The notes below the pieces were generated by a model. It searched no databases, was not told where the DNA came from, and saw only the letters and a program-made list of their open reading frames with translations. Position numbers and translations under genes: made by a program. A DNA stretch of 64,000 nucleotides from an uncultured Gammaproteobacteria bacterium. GTDB lineage: Bacteria; Patescibacteriota; Patescibacteriia; Patescibacteriales; UBA12465. The stretch is taken from positions 7,870-71,869 of the forward strand of contig CAYXNV010000001.1 of the NCBI GenBank assembly GCA_964466835.1, in the 5' to 3' direction. How positions within the stretch are numbered: the first letter of the stretch is position 1; the number at the start of each line of letters is the position of its first letter. This document shows, piece by piece, positions 9,198 through 17,433 of the stretch.

Positions 9198-9201
9198 GGT
9201 C

Positions 9202-9651
9202 TTAAGATTTATCTTCTTCTTTAGGGTCTTCTTTTTTTTCTTCAGTTTCAACTGGAGCTTCAGCTTTTTCTTCGACTTTTACCTCTTCTTCCTTAGAAGT
9301 ATTTTCTGGTTTTTCTTCAGTTGTTTTTTCCTCTGATTTTTCTTCTTTCTTATCAGCTTTCTCTTCGCCCTTCTTTTTCTTTGGCTTACCAACTTTAGAA
9401 GCTTTTACTTTTTCTCCTTCAATAACCTTTTGATCAATCAAAAGATTATTAACAGTTGGAGTCATTTGAGCGCCCTGAGATAACCAATACTTAATCCTAT
9501 CAGTTTTTCCCTGGAATTCTTTAGAATAGGGGTTATATGAACCCAGAATTTCTAAGGAATCACCAAATGGATCACGTCCTTTTTCCGAAACTATTAGTCG
9601 GAACATTTTTTTATTAGTTTTTCCTACTTTTGACAATTTAATGGCTAACAT
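9202..9651 (-). CDS. rpsP: 30S ribosomal protein S16 with long K/E-rich C-terminal tail
   Basis: The N-terminus MLAIKLSKVGKTNKKMFRLIVSEKGRDPFG...SYNP is S16. About 65 aa of KKEEK-type low complexity follow. Confidence 0.9.
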   Translation of the reverse strand: MLAIKLSKVGKTNKKMFRLIVSEKGRDPFGDSLEILGSYNPYSKEFQGKTDRIKYWLSQGAQMTPTVNNLLIDQKVIEGEKVKASKVGKPKKKKGEEKADKKEEKSEEKTTEEKPENTSKEEEVKVEEKAEAPVETEEKKEDPKEEDKS

Positions 9652-9720
9652 AATTTTCTGAAATTAATAATAGAGAATAATAACTAATGTAATAACAAAA
9701 GTCAAGAATAATTATTTATT

Positions 9721-11976
9721 TTATGATCTACGATTATTAAAGCGATTAGGTTTTCGAGAATCATTGAAACGACTAGGACGACCAGGGCTAAAACCATTGC
9801 CGTTAGATTTACCTTTCTCATCTTTCCATAAGCTTTGATTTTCCTTTAAACCTTTCATGGTCAGATTGACTCTACCTTGATCATCAATTTCTTTAATTTT
9901 CACAGTTACCTCATCTCCTTCGTTTAGGAAGTCACTTGGTTTTTCAATGCGATATGGAGCCAACTCGCTAACATGAACCATACCATCTTGATTGGCGTTT
10001 AACTGGACAAAGGCACCGAAGTCTAAAATACGAACTACTTTACCTTTAACAATTTCACCGGGCTCAAATTCATGAACTATCTCTTTAATTTGTTTAACTG
10101 CTTCTTCTACTTTTTCTACTTCAGTTCCACAGACCATCACTAAACCATCATCTTCAATATCAATACTTACTCCAGTCTCATCAATAATTTTATTAATTAT
10201 CTTTCCTCCTGGTCCAATAATCATACCAATCTTTTCCGAATCAACACTAAAGCTAGTGATTCGAGGAGCATATGGAGATAATTCCGCTCGAGGAGCAGGA
10301 ATAGCTTTTTTTATTACTCCTAAAATTTGATTTAGAGCTTCACGTCCCTGGGTTAGGGTTTTATTAATCATCTCTTCATTTATACCATTAGTTTTAGTAT
10401 CTAATTGAATAGCAGTTAGTCCAGTCTCGGTTCCAGTCATTTTAAAGTCCATACCACCATTACCATCTTCTAGGTCTTGGATATCAGTTAGGATTTCCCA
10501 TTTACTCATATCTTCGTTAGAGGCGATGCCCATCGCGATTCCAGCCACTGGCCTCTTAATTGGGACACCAGCGTCCATAAGAGCTAGTGTAGAGGCGCAG
10601 GTAGCAGCCATTGAAGATGAACCATTAGAGCCTAAGGTTTCACTAACAACTCGAATTGTGTATGGAAAGTCTTCTTTGCTAGGAAGCATTGGGAAGATAG
10701 CTTTTTCAGCTAAAGCACCATGACCAACTTCACGTCTTCCAGTCCCTCTTAGTGGAGAAACTTCTCCGACTGAATAGGGAAGGAAATTATAATGATGCAT
10801 ATATCTTTTTGTGCTTTGTCCCTCTAACCCCTCTAAAGATTGTTCCATTCCTGATGAACCCAGAGTTACTACTGATAGGGTTTGAGTTTCTCCTCTGGAG
10901 AATAGAGATGTACCATGATTACGAGGCAAAATAGCTACATCAGATAATAGGTCTCTGATTTCGGTTAGTTTTCTGCCATCTACCCTTCTTTTGTCATTAA
11001 TAATAGCGTTAGTAACTTCGGCATCTACCATATCTTCAACTAGGTTTTTAATTACATGATTACGTTTGTCAGAATTTAATCCTTTTTCAAACAAGAAAGC
11101 ATCTAATTGATCTTTAATAGCACTTACAGCTGCTTTTCTTTCACCTTTGGTGTTATATGTTTTGTCAAATAAAATATTCTTAATATTATCATTTAACCAA
11201 GCTTCACCAATTTTAATAGCCTCTTCTCTTTCAGCTTCCTCTTTCTTTTCTTCTTCACTTTTACGATCTGGTTTAACTTCTTCTTTTGTCTTTGGAGTTA
11301 ATTGTTTAGCTGCTTTTTCAATTAAACTAATTGCCCCTTGCAGTTCTTTTTGTCCAGCCATAATAGCTTTCCCCACCACATCTTCTGGAACATCATTCAT
11401 ATCAGCATCAAGCATGATAACTTTTTCTTTGGTTCCAGCAACAATAATATTCATATCACTTTCTTCTTGTTGTTCTAGAGTTGGGTTGAAAATAAATTCG
11501 TTATTAATCATTCCTACCCTAACACCACCAATAGGTCCAGCAAATTCAATCCCAGAGATTGATAGTACTGCTGAAGCAGCAATCATTCCCACGATATCGT
11601 GATCATTTTCTTTATCAATTGTAAGGACAGTCATGATTAATTGGATATCACGTCTATCTTTTTGATTGAATAATGGACGGATAGCTCTATCAATCATCCG
11701 TCCAGTTAGAACAGCTTGATCACTAGGCCTACCTTCACGTTTAATCCAACGTGATCCTTTAATCATCCCAGCGGCATATAGTTTCTCCTCAAAGTCAACC
11801 ATAAGGGGGAAGAAGTTAACTCCATCCCTTTCTTGTTTAGCCTGAACAACTGTAGCCATAACTACAGTTTCTCCGTATTGTACTAAAACTGAAGCATCAG
11901 CCTGTAGAGCTAAGCGTCCAGTTTTTATAATGAGAGGACGGCCAAGCCACTCTCCGGAAAATATTTTTTCTTCCAT
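9721..11976 (-). CDS. pnp: polynucleotide phosphorylase
   Basis: It has two RNase PH domains, a KH domain and an S1 domain (GEIVKGKVVRILDFGAFVQL). A basic N/R/S-rich tail follows. Confidence 0.95.
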   Translation of the reverse strand: MEEKIFSGEWLGRPLIIKTGRLALQADASVLVQYGETVVMATVVQAKQERDGVNFFPLMVDFEEKLYAAGMIKGSRWIKREGRPSDQAVLTGRMIDRAIRPLFNQKDRRDIQLIMTVLTIDKENDHDIVGMIAASAVLSISGIEFAGPIGGVRVGMINNEFIFNPTLEQQEESDMNIIVAGTKEKVIMLDADMNDVPEDVVGKAIMAGQKELQGAISLIEKAAKQLTPKTKEEVKPDRKSEEEKKEEAEREEAIKIGEAWLNDNIKNILFDKTYNTKGERKAAVSAIKDQLDAFLFEKGLNSDKRNHVIKNLVEDMVDAEVTNAIINDKRRVDGRKLTEIRDLLSDVAILPRNHGTSLFSRGETQTLSVVTLGSSGMEQSLEGLEGQSTKRYMHHYNFLPYSVGEVSPLRGTGRREVGHGALAEKAIFPMLPSKEDFPYTIRVVSETLGSNGSSSMAATCASTLALMDAGVPIKRPVAGIAMGIASNEDMSKWEILTDIQDLEDGNGGMDFKMTGTETGLTAIQLDTKTNGINEEMINKTLTQGREALNQILGVIKKAIPAPRAELSPYAPRITSFSVDSEKIGMIIGPGGKIINKIIDETGVSIDIEDDGLVMVCGTEVEKVEEAVKQIKEIVHEFEPGEIVKGKVVRILDFGAFVQLNANQDGMVHVSELAPYRIEKPSDFLNEGDEVTVKIKEIDDQGRVNLTMKGLKENQSLWKDEKGKSNGNGFSPGRPSRFNDSRKPNRFNNRRS

Positions 11977-11989
11977 AAGTTTATTGCTT

Positions 11990-12043
11990 GACCGTTAAAT
12001 TACAGAACTGTAATCATTTTACAGCGCTATTTATTTAACGGCC
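11990..12043 (-). promoter_or_regulatory. long nested hairpin in the pnp 5' leader
   Basis: The minus-strand RNA reads GGCCGUUAAAU...CUGUAA-aauga-UUACAG...AUUUAACGGUC. The outer stem is 11 bp and the inner stem 6 bp. Confidence 0.5.
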
Positions 12044-12057
12044 AGGCGTTTGATAAA

Positions 12058-12555
12058 TTAATTTATTAAAAATCTTTTATTAGTGCTTAAATCAATAAAG
12101 TCATCTGCTTCTTCAATTAGGCGAGAAGAACAGGTTTTGCGGAAAGCCATTATTTCCACTAAACAACCTTTGTTGTTTTGTAAGTAGGAAACTAAAGGTA
12201 AATAATCACCGTCACCAGACACTAGAATTATTACGTCTAGTTTATCAGCTAATTTAATAGCGTCAATAGCAATACCAACGTCCCAATCAGCTTTCTTGGC
12301 TCCACCAGCAAAGATTTGCAAGTCTTTCATTTTAACTTCAAAACCTTGCTTTTCCAAAGCCTCAATAAAAGGAGCTTCATCTTTATTTTCGGTTCGGATA
12401 GCATAAGCAGTGGCCCGAATTAGTTTTCTGCTAGCCACTGCCTTATTTAATATTTCCTTAAAATTGACTTTTCGGTTATATAAATTCTTAGCAGAGTGAT
12501 ACATGTTGGAAACATCCACCAAAATTCCTATCCGTTGTTCCTTGTGTTTTATCAT
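12058..12555 (-). CDS. NYN/LabA-like domain protein (predicted RNase fold)
   Basis: It contains IGILVDVSNMYHSAKN...VILVSGDGDYLPLV. I prefer the ATG at 12555 (MIKHKEQRIG), 2 nt after the rpsO stop, over the track start at 12612, which overlaps rpsO. Confidence 0.7.
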   Translation of the reverse strand: MIKHKEQRIGILVDVSNMYHSAKNLYNRKVNFKEILNKAVASRKLIRATAYAIRTENKDEAPFIEALEKQGFEVKMKDLQIFAGGAKKADWDVGIAIDAIKLADKLDVIILVSGDGDYLPLVSYLQNNKGCLVEIMAFRKTCSSRLIEEADDFIDLSTNKRFLIN

Positions 12556-12559
12556 ATTT

Positions 12560-12928
12560 TTATTTTTCCTCTGATTTTTCTTCCTCTTCAACATCTTCTT
12601 CGGGTTCAACAAATTTCTTTTCCTTTTTTTGTTCTTCCTCTTCCTCCTCTTCCATTTTTTGAGCGATTTTCAGTTTTAGCTTTCCAGCTAATTCTTTGAA
12701 ATCTTTCTCGCTTTCTTTTTGTAGGTATTTTAGAAGTTTTCGTCTTTCCCCAACCTTTTTTAATAGGCCACGTCGAGAAGAAAAATCATGTTTATGTTGT
12801 TTTAGGTGTTCAGTTAATTCCTTGATCTCTTCGGTTAAGATAGCAATTTGTACTTGGGGAGAGCCAGTATCAGTTTCATGAACACGAAATTTTTTAATAA
12901 TTCTTTCTTTTCTTTTTTTATCTAACAT
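12560..12928 (-). CDS. rpsO: 30S ribosomal protein S15 with acidic C-terminal tail
   Basis: The S15 core reads [53 protein letters not shown]. An EEEEEEE-rich tail follows. Confidence 0.9.
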   Translation of the reverse strand: MLDKKRKERIIKKFRVHETDTGSPQVQIAILTEEIKELTEHLKQHKHDFSSRRGLLKKVGERRKLLKYLQKESEKDFKELAGKLKLKIAQKMEEEEEEEQKKEKKFVEPEEDVEEEEKSEEK

Positions 12929-12936
12929 AGTTTTTC

Positions 12937-12979
12937 GCTCTATCCGAGAAGTGGGTTTTAGCCCTCATCCCAGAAAGAG
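12937..12979 (-). promoter_or_regulatory. structured rpsO 5' leader (candidate S15 autoregulatory hairpin)
   Basis: The minus-strand RNA CUCUUUCUGGGAUGAGGGCUAAAACCCACUUCUCGGAUAGAG folds with 14 of 18 positions paired. The pairs include G-U wobbles next to G-C pairs. The wobbles only form in the minus sense. Confidence 0.45.
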
Positions 12980-13001
12980 TGCAATAAATTATAATATTCA
13001 C

Positions 13002-13262
13002 TTATTTTAAAGTGTTAATTTTTTTAGTTAATTTTGATTTTTTACGATTAGCAGTATTTTTTTTGATAATTCCTTTTTTGGTTGCCTTATCAATTGCTTT
13101 AATTATTTTTGGCAAATCTTCTTTAACATTCTTATCTTTAGCTTGGACTTTTTTAACGCTAGTCTTGATTAATCGTTTTAGATCGCCTTTTTGCTTGTTA
13201 TTAGCTTTTTGACGTTTAGCGCTTTTTCTTAGGTCTTTCTTAGCAGCTTTCTTGTTTGGCAT
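13002..13262 (-). CDS. rpsT: 30S ribosomal protein S20
   Basis: This 86-aa, highly basic protein reads MPNKKAAKKDLRKSAKRQKANNKQK, which is S20-like. Confidence 0.85.
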   Translation of the reverse strand: MPNKKAAKKDLRKSAKRQKANNKQKGDLKRLIKTSVKKVQAKDKNVKEDLPKIIKAIDKATKKGIIKKNTANRKKSKLTKKINTLK

Positions 13263-13380
13263 AAACAGTAATTAAGTAATAAATTTATTAAAAGTAATAA
13301 GATGTTAACATAAACTTAAATGAAAATCAAGGGCTTAGTATAATCAAAGAATTAATATGATTTTAGCTAATATTAGTAGT

Positions 13381-13412
13381 TAAATAAAAAATCCAAGATA
13401 TTCTCTTGGATT
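13381..13412 (-). terminator. rho-independent terminator
   Basis: The 9-bp stem aatccaaga/tcttggatt is followed on the minus strand by ttttttattta. Confidence 0.7.
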
Positions 13413-13434
13413 GTCACAATGAATTCATATTAGC

Positions 13435-13770
13435 TTATTTCAAGTATACTCTGGTTCCTTCATCAATTTTTTCCAGGCCTCCTATTTCTTCAAAACCAAA
13501 AGTGACTTCTGCATTACTATTATCAGGGAGGTCGTCATGGCAAACAAAGCTTTTTCCTTCTTCCGCCATACGTGCTTCGCCTAATTGAATAGTAAAAGTT
13601 ATTTCAGTAGCTTTTCCTTTAATTTGATTTAGGTTAAAAGATATCACTTCTTCACCGGAAAAAGTAAATTTTACTCTTTTTATTGTTTCACGCTTGGGGA
13701 CACCGAGGACCCCATTGTTGAAATAATTAAAAGCATTTTGGAGTGATACATATACTTCAATTTTTTTCAT
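13435..13770 (-). CDS. hypothetical protein (111 aa)
   Basis: The intact ORF has its own terminator. I recognise no family and see no signal peptide. Confidence 0.5.
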   Translation of the reverse strand: MKKIEVYVSLQNAFNYFNNGVLGVPKRETIKRVKFTFSGEEVISFNLNQIKGKATEITFTIQLGEARMAEEGKSFVCHDDLPDNSNAEVTFGFEEIGGLEKIDEGTRVYLK

Positions 13771-13845
13771 TTTTACTAATTTTGGTTAACATTTAAATGA
13801 ACATTAGAGAATTATATTAATTTTTAGAGAAGATGTCAATAAAAC

Positions 13846-13869
13846 AAAAAACACTATATAGTGTTTTTA
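13846..13869 (-). terminator. terminator downstream of the tRNA operon
   Basis: The palindrome aaaaacactatatagtgttttt is followed by a T-run on the minus strand, right after tRNA-Pro. Confidence 0.55.
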
Positions 13870-13871
13870 TG

Positions 13872-13947
13872 TCGGGGTGGTGGGATTTGAACCCACGATC
13901 TCCTGGTCCCAAACCAGGCGCCTTAGACCGAACTGGGCCACACCCCG
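13872..13947 (-). tRNA. tRNA-Pro (anticodon TGG)
   Basis: The reverse complement is cggggtgtggcccagttcggtc...cctgg-ttTGGga-ccagg...gtgggttcaaatcccac. Confidence 0.9.
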
Positions 13948-13985
13948 GTAAAAAATTAAAGCCCATCAGGCTCATAGTGTGATAC

Positions 13986-14060
13986 TGGTGCCTCGGGTCA
14001 GAATCGAACTGACGACACAAAGATTTTCAGTCTTTTGCTCTACCACTGAGCTACCGAGGC
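13986..14060 (-). tRNA. tRNA-Phe (anticodon GAA), CCA encoded
   Basis: The reverse complement is gcctcggtagctcagtggtagagc...ctGAAaa...gtcagttcgattctgac-ccgaggc-a-cca. Confidence 0.9.
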
Positions 14061-14072
14061 TTGTTAAATATG

Positions 14073-14145
14073 TTGCGGGAGTCGGACTCGAACCGACGAC
14101 CTCCAGGTTATGGGCCTGGCGAGCTGCCAACTGCTCTATCCCGCG
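14073..14145 (-). tRNA. initiator tRNA-fMet (anticodon CAT)
   Basis: The reverse complement cgcgggatagagcagttggcagctcgccaggcccataacctggaggtcgtcggttcgagtccgactcccgcaa has a C1xA72 mismatch. It closely resembles the E. coli tRNA-fMet layout. Confidence 0.85.
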
Positions 14146-14170
14146 CTACCCCCGTTAATAACGGGTAAGG

Positions 14171-14244
14171 TGGGCAATGGAGGATTCGAACCTCCGACCT
14201 CAACATTATCAGTGTTGCGCTCTAACCAACTGAGCTAATTGCCC
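14171..14244 (-). tRNA. tRNA-Ile (anticodon GAT)
   Basis: The reverse complement is gggcaattagctcagttggttagagc...ctGATaa...ggaggttcgaatcctcc. Confidence 0.9.
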
Positions 14245-14284
14245 AATAAATTAGTTGGTTTGTCCTGAAAAAAATCTGAGTTAG

Positions 14285-14313
14285 ACTATAACAAATATTA
14301 GATAAAAAAGCAA
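14285..14313 (-). promoter_or_regulatory. sigma70-like promoter of the tRNA operon (TTGCTT-17-TGtTATAGT)
   Basis: The minus strand reads cTTGCTTttttatctaatatttgtTATAGTc, about 35 nt upstream of tRNA-Ile. Confidence 0.55.
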
Positions 14314-14317
14314 GAAA

Positions 14318-15289
14318 TTATAATCCAGAAATAAGAATGGTAAGTTCGGTTTTTAGGTTAGCTTGTCCTTTTTTATTTAAAAAGTCTAATTCAACTAATC
14401 GATTAAGATAATTATTTAAACTTTCAATTGAGAAGTTTTTAGCCTGTTGATATCCTTTTTTAATGACAAATGGATGAAGCTTTAATTTTTTAGCTATTTC
14501 GGCTTGACTAGTTTTGGCTTCTAAAGCCTTTTTCATTTGTAGCAGTATTTTAAATTGTCTGATTAACATCGTTAATAAATATTCATCACTTAAACCAGCA
14601 GCTGTTTGTTCTTCCAAAAGTTTAATCGCTAATTCTTTGTTTTTTATACTTAAGGCATCAGTCAGGGCAAAAATATCTTCATCAAAAGAGCTGGTTACTA
14701 ATTCTTTCACACTTTCTATAGAGATTTCTTTATTATCTTTTTCTCGAAAAGATAGTTTTTTAATTTCTTTAGTTAATAACCAAAGATTTCCAGTAGTTAG
14801 GTTAAGTAGCAGAGAAGCGGTGGGCAGTTTAATGTCTTTGTTATATATCTTAGCTTCCTTTTTGATAAAAGACAATAATTGACTGCTGGTTAGTGGTTTA
14901 AATTCTTGAACAAATTTTTGTTTACTTAAAAAAGTGAATAATTTTTTTTGATTAACTTTAAGGGGGACATTTTTAGTATTTAATTCTTCGTCCCAGAAGA
15001 TAATAATGTTGTCAGAATCTTTAGAGAAGCTTTTTAAGTAATTAATTAGCTCAATAAATATATTATCTTTTTTATTATCAAATATATTTTCGATTACTAT
15101 TAATCTTTTTTTTACAAATAATGATCCGGTGCTTATTTTTTCGCTAATTTCCCCTAAATTAGTATCTTGACCATTAATCACGTTCAAACTATTAGATTCA
15201 GCATCTATTTTTTTAACGAATTCACTTTTTAGTTCGTTTAATTTTCGTCGGCTAGAAAAAGTATTGCCGCCGTATAAAAAAATAATCAT
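14318..15289 (-). CDS. holA: DNA polymerase III delta subunit
   Basis: This 323-aa protein has the HolA-like N-terminus MIIFLYGGNTFSSRRKLNELK and a helical C-domain. It overlaps murI by 4 nt. Confidence 0.7.
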   Translation of the reverse strand: MIIFLYGGNTFSSRRKLNELKSEFVKKIDAESNSLNVINGQDTNLGEISEKISTGSLFVKKRLIVIENIFDNKKDNIFIELINYLKSFSKDSDNIIIFWDEELNTKNVPLKVNQKKLFTFLSKQKFVQEFKPLTSSQLLSFIKKEAKIYNKDIKLPTASLLLNLTTGNLWLLTKEIKKLSFREKDNKEISIESVKELVTSSFDEDIFALTDALSIKNKELAIKLLEEQTAAGLSDEYLLTMLIRQFKILLQMKKALEAKTSQAEIAKKLKLHPFVIKKGYQQAKNFSIESLNNYLNRLVELDFLNKKGQANLKTELTILISGL

Positions 15290-16122
15290 AGTTCAGTAAT
15301 TTTTACTTTTTCAACTTTCTTAACTTTTTGTTCTAAAAATTTTTCCGCCATTTTTTTAAATTGGCCTGGATTATCAGTTGTATAAAGTTTATATGATGGC
15401 TTAGTAACTGATTTTATATTTAATTCAGCATGTCGTTGCAGATAGTCTTTTAAACTTTTGGTAATTATTTCACCTGGATGGGGAACCTCAATTTGATTAC
15501 CCATTATTTTTTTAATTTCTTTATACAAAAAGGGATAGTGGGTGCAAGCCAGGATCAAAGATTTAATTTGCTTTATTTTTAATGGTCGTAGATATTTTTT
15601 TAATATCATTTTAGTTTCGGGTTTTTTTATCCACCCCTCTTCTATTAGGGGGACTAATAAAGGGGTGCTTTGTTGATAAACTTTTAGCTTTGGATTGAGT
15701 TTATTTATTTCCAAAGGATAAGAATTGGATTCTATGGTTGCTTTAGTACCAATTACTCCAACCGGACCAGTTTTATCATTACCCACCTCTTCCACTAGAG
15801 GCCTGATTACCCCTAAAATTCTTCGATCAGGATATTTAGTAGGAAGATATTTTTGTTGCAGAGTACGTAAAGCTTGAGCAGAAGCAGTATTACAAGCAAC
15901 AATAATTAAGCCACAGCCCTGCTTAAACAAAAATTCAACTGCTTCACGAGTATAATTATAAATAGTCTCGGGAGATTTTTCTCCATAGGGCACTCGAGCA
16001 TTATCACCCAAATAAATATAATTATAATTAGGTAATTCTTTTAGGAAGTGTTTAAAAATACTTAATCCGCCCAAGCCAGAATCAAAAACACCAATTATAT
16101 TTTTATGTGATTTTTTTAACAT
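15286..16122 (-). CDS. murI: glutamate racemase
   Basis: Motifs are VFDSGLGGLS and LACTHYP. I prefer the ATG at 16122 (MLKKSHKNIIGVFDSG) over the track's extended start at 16230, which lies inside murD. Confidence 0.85.
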   Translation of the reverse strand: MLKKSHKNIIGVFDSGLGGLSIFKHFLKELPNYNYIYLGDNARVPYGEKSPETIYNYTREAVEFLFKQGCGLIIVACNTASAQALRTLQQKYLPTKYPDRRILGVIRPLVEEVGNDKTGPVGVIGTKATIESNSYPLEINKLNPKLKVYQQSTPLLVPLIEEGWIKKPETKMILKKYLRPLKIKQIKSLILACTHYPFLYKEIKKIMGNQIEVPHPGEIITKSLKDYLQRHAELNIKSVTKPSYKLYTTDNPGQFKKMAEKFLEQKVKKVEKVKITEL

Positions 16123-17431
16123 ATTCTTTAAACAAATTACCCCTCTCTTTATAGTTTTTAAATAGGCCAAAACTAGCGCAAGCAGTAGAAAGAAGGACGA
16201 TATCACCTGACTCAGCTTTAGATTTAGCAATTCTAACGGCTCTATTCATGTTTTTAACTTCTTTCATCTTATCTTTAGGAAAATTTATCCTAATTAATTC
16301 ATCTTTAATTCGTGAGGTGCCCCCACCTCCTAATAGGATTAGAAATTTAACTCTTTTTTTAATCTCATTAGCTAAACTTCTGAAATTTGCCCCCTTATCA
16401 GCCCCGCCAGCAATTTGAATGATTGGCTCAGAAAACGATTTTAAATCCAAAATAGTGCTCTCAGGGGTGGTAGAGAAACTATTATCAAAATACTTCACGC
16501 CATCAAGCTCAGTAACAAATTCTAGGCGATGTTCTAGGTTAGAAAAGTTAGCAATTGTTTTTTTATAGATATCGGGTTTTATTTTTAATATCTGAGCCAC
16601 CTTAACTGCAGCCGCTATATTTTCTTGATTAAAATCTCCCATCAATCTTGATTTTAAATTGCTTTTGTTAAAATAAGTGATTTGGCTTAGTGGTTTTTCT
16701 TTGTTCAAGCGTTCTTTTAAACTACTGTTAATAACCAAATGATCAGTCTTTTGTTGTTTTTTAGTAATATTCAATTTAGCTTGCCAATATTTTTCTAGAG
16801 AATAATGAAAATTGGGGTTATAGGGGTCAGCCGGAACAAGATGTTCTTTATATAAGTTTGTGAACACACTGATATGAGGAGAATAGTCCATATCTTCCAA
16901 TTGGAAACTAGATATTTCTAAAACAACATAATCATTAGACTCAATTTTTTCTAAAAAAGATAGAGGAGCTACCCCAATATTACCTCCCAGCCAAACCTTA
17001 TGGCCAGCCGCCTTTATTATTTCATAAATCAAGCTAGCAGTTGTCCCTTTTCCTTTAGTGCCAGTTACGCCGATGATTTTTTTACTAGGACAAAGAGAAA
17101 AGAAAAGATTAAAGGGGCTACTAAGCTCCACACCTCCTGATTTAATGGCTTGTTCCACTCCCACACAGAATAGGGGCCAGCCAGGTGAACGGAATAATAT
17201 ATCAAATTTATAGAGATCTTTATTAAAGTTTGTGCCTAGTTGATAATTAACTTTAAGATTTTTTAGTTTTGGCAAATTTAATCTCTTTTTTGAACGTTTA
17301 TCACAAATTGTTATTTCTGCCTTAATGTTCTTTTTATCTAACAAAGCTAACAAAGCTTGGTTTTCTAACCCTAAGCCTAAAAGAGCAATCTTTTTATTTG
17401 ATAATTTTTTTAATTGTTCTATTCTAGCCAT
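16103..17431 (-). CDS. murD: UDP-N-acetylmuramoylalanine--D-glutamate ligase
   Basis: It has the Mur ligase P-loop GVTGTKGKGTT and MurD-like N- and C-domains. I prefer the ATG at 17431 (MARIEQL) over the track's TTG at 17452. Confidence 0.85.
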   Translation of the reverse strand: MARIEQLKKLSNKKIALLGLGLENQALLALLDKKNIKAEITICDKRSKKRLNLPKLKNLKVNYQLGTNFNKDLYKFDILFRSPGWPLFCVGVEQAIKSGGVELSSPFNLFFSLCPSKKIIGVTGTKGKGTTASLIYEIIKAAGHKVWLGGNIGVAPLSFLEKIESNDYVVLEISSFQLEDMDYSPHISVFTNLYKEHLVPADPYNPNFHYSLEKYWQAKLNITKKQQKTDHLVINSSLKERLNKEKPLSQITYFNKSNLKSRLMGDFNQENIAAAVKVAQILKIKPDIYKKTIANFSNLEHRLEFVTELDGVKYFDNSFSTTPESTILDLKSFSEPIIQIAGGADKGANFRSLANEIKKRVKFLILLGGGGTSRIKDELIRINFPKDKMKEVKNMNRAVRIAKSKAESGDIVLLSTACASFGLFKNYKERGNLFKEYVKKIT

Positions 17432-17433
17432 AG

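Noticed and set aside
12556-12612. Longer start of the NYN-domain ORF, and similar upstream extensions of murI (16230), murD (17452), lepA (51181), rbfA (6067) and the GH57 gene (28629)
   Set aside because: The extensions overlap the preceding gene by 20-110 nt and often use TTG. They add basic or hydrophobic junk before the conserved N-terminus. An ATG immediately after the upstream stop fits better.
13817-14020. 67-aa minus-strand ORF in the track
   Set aside because: It lies entirely over tRNA-Pro and tRNA-Phe. Its GC-rich codons simply reflect tRNA sequence, and it has no SD.
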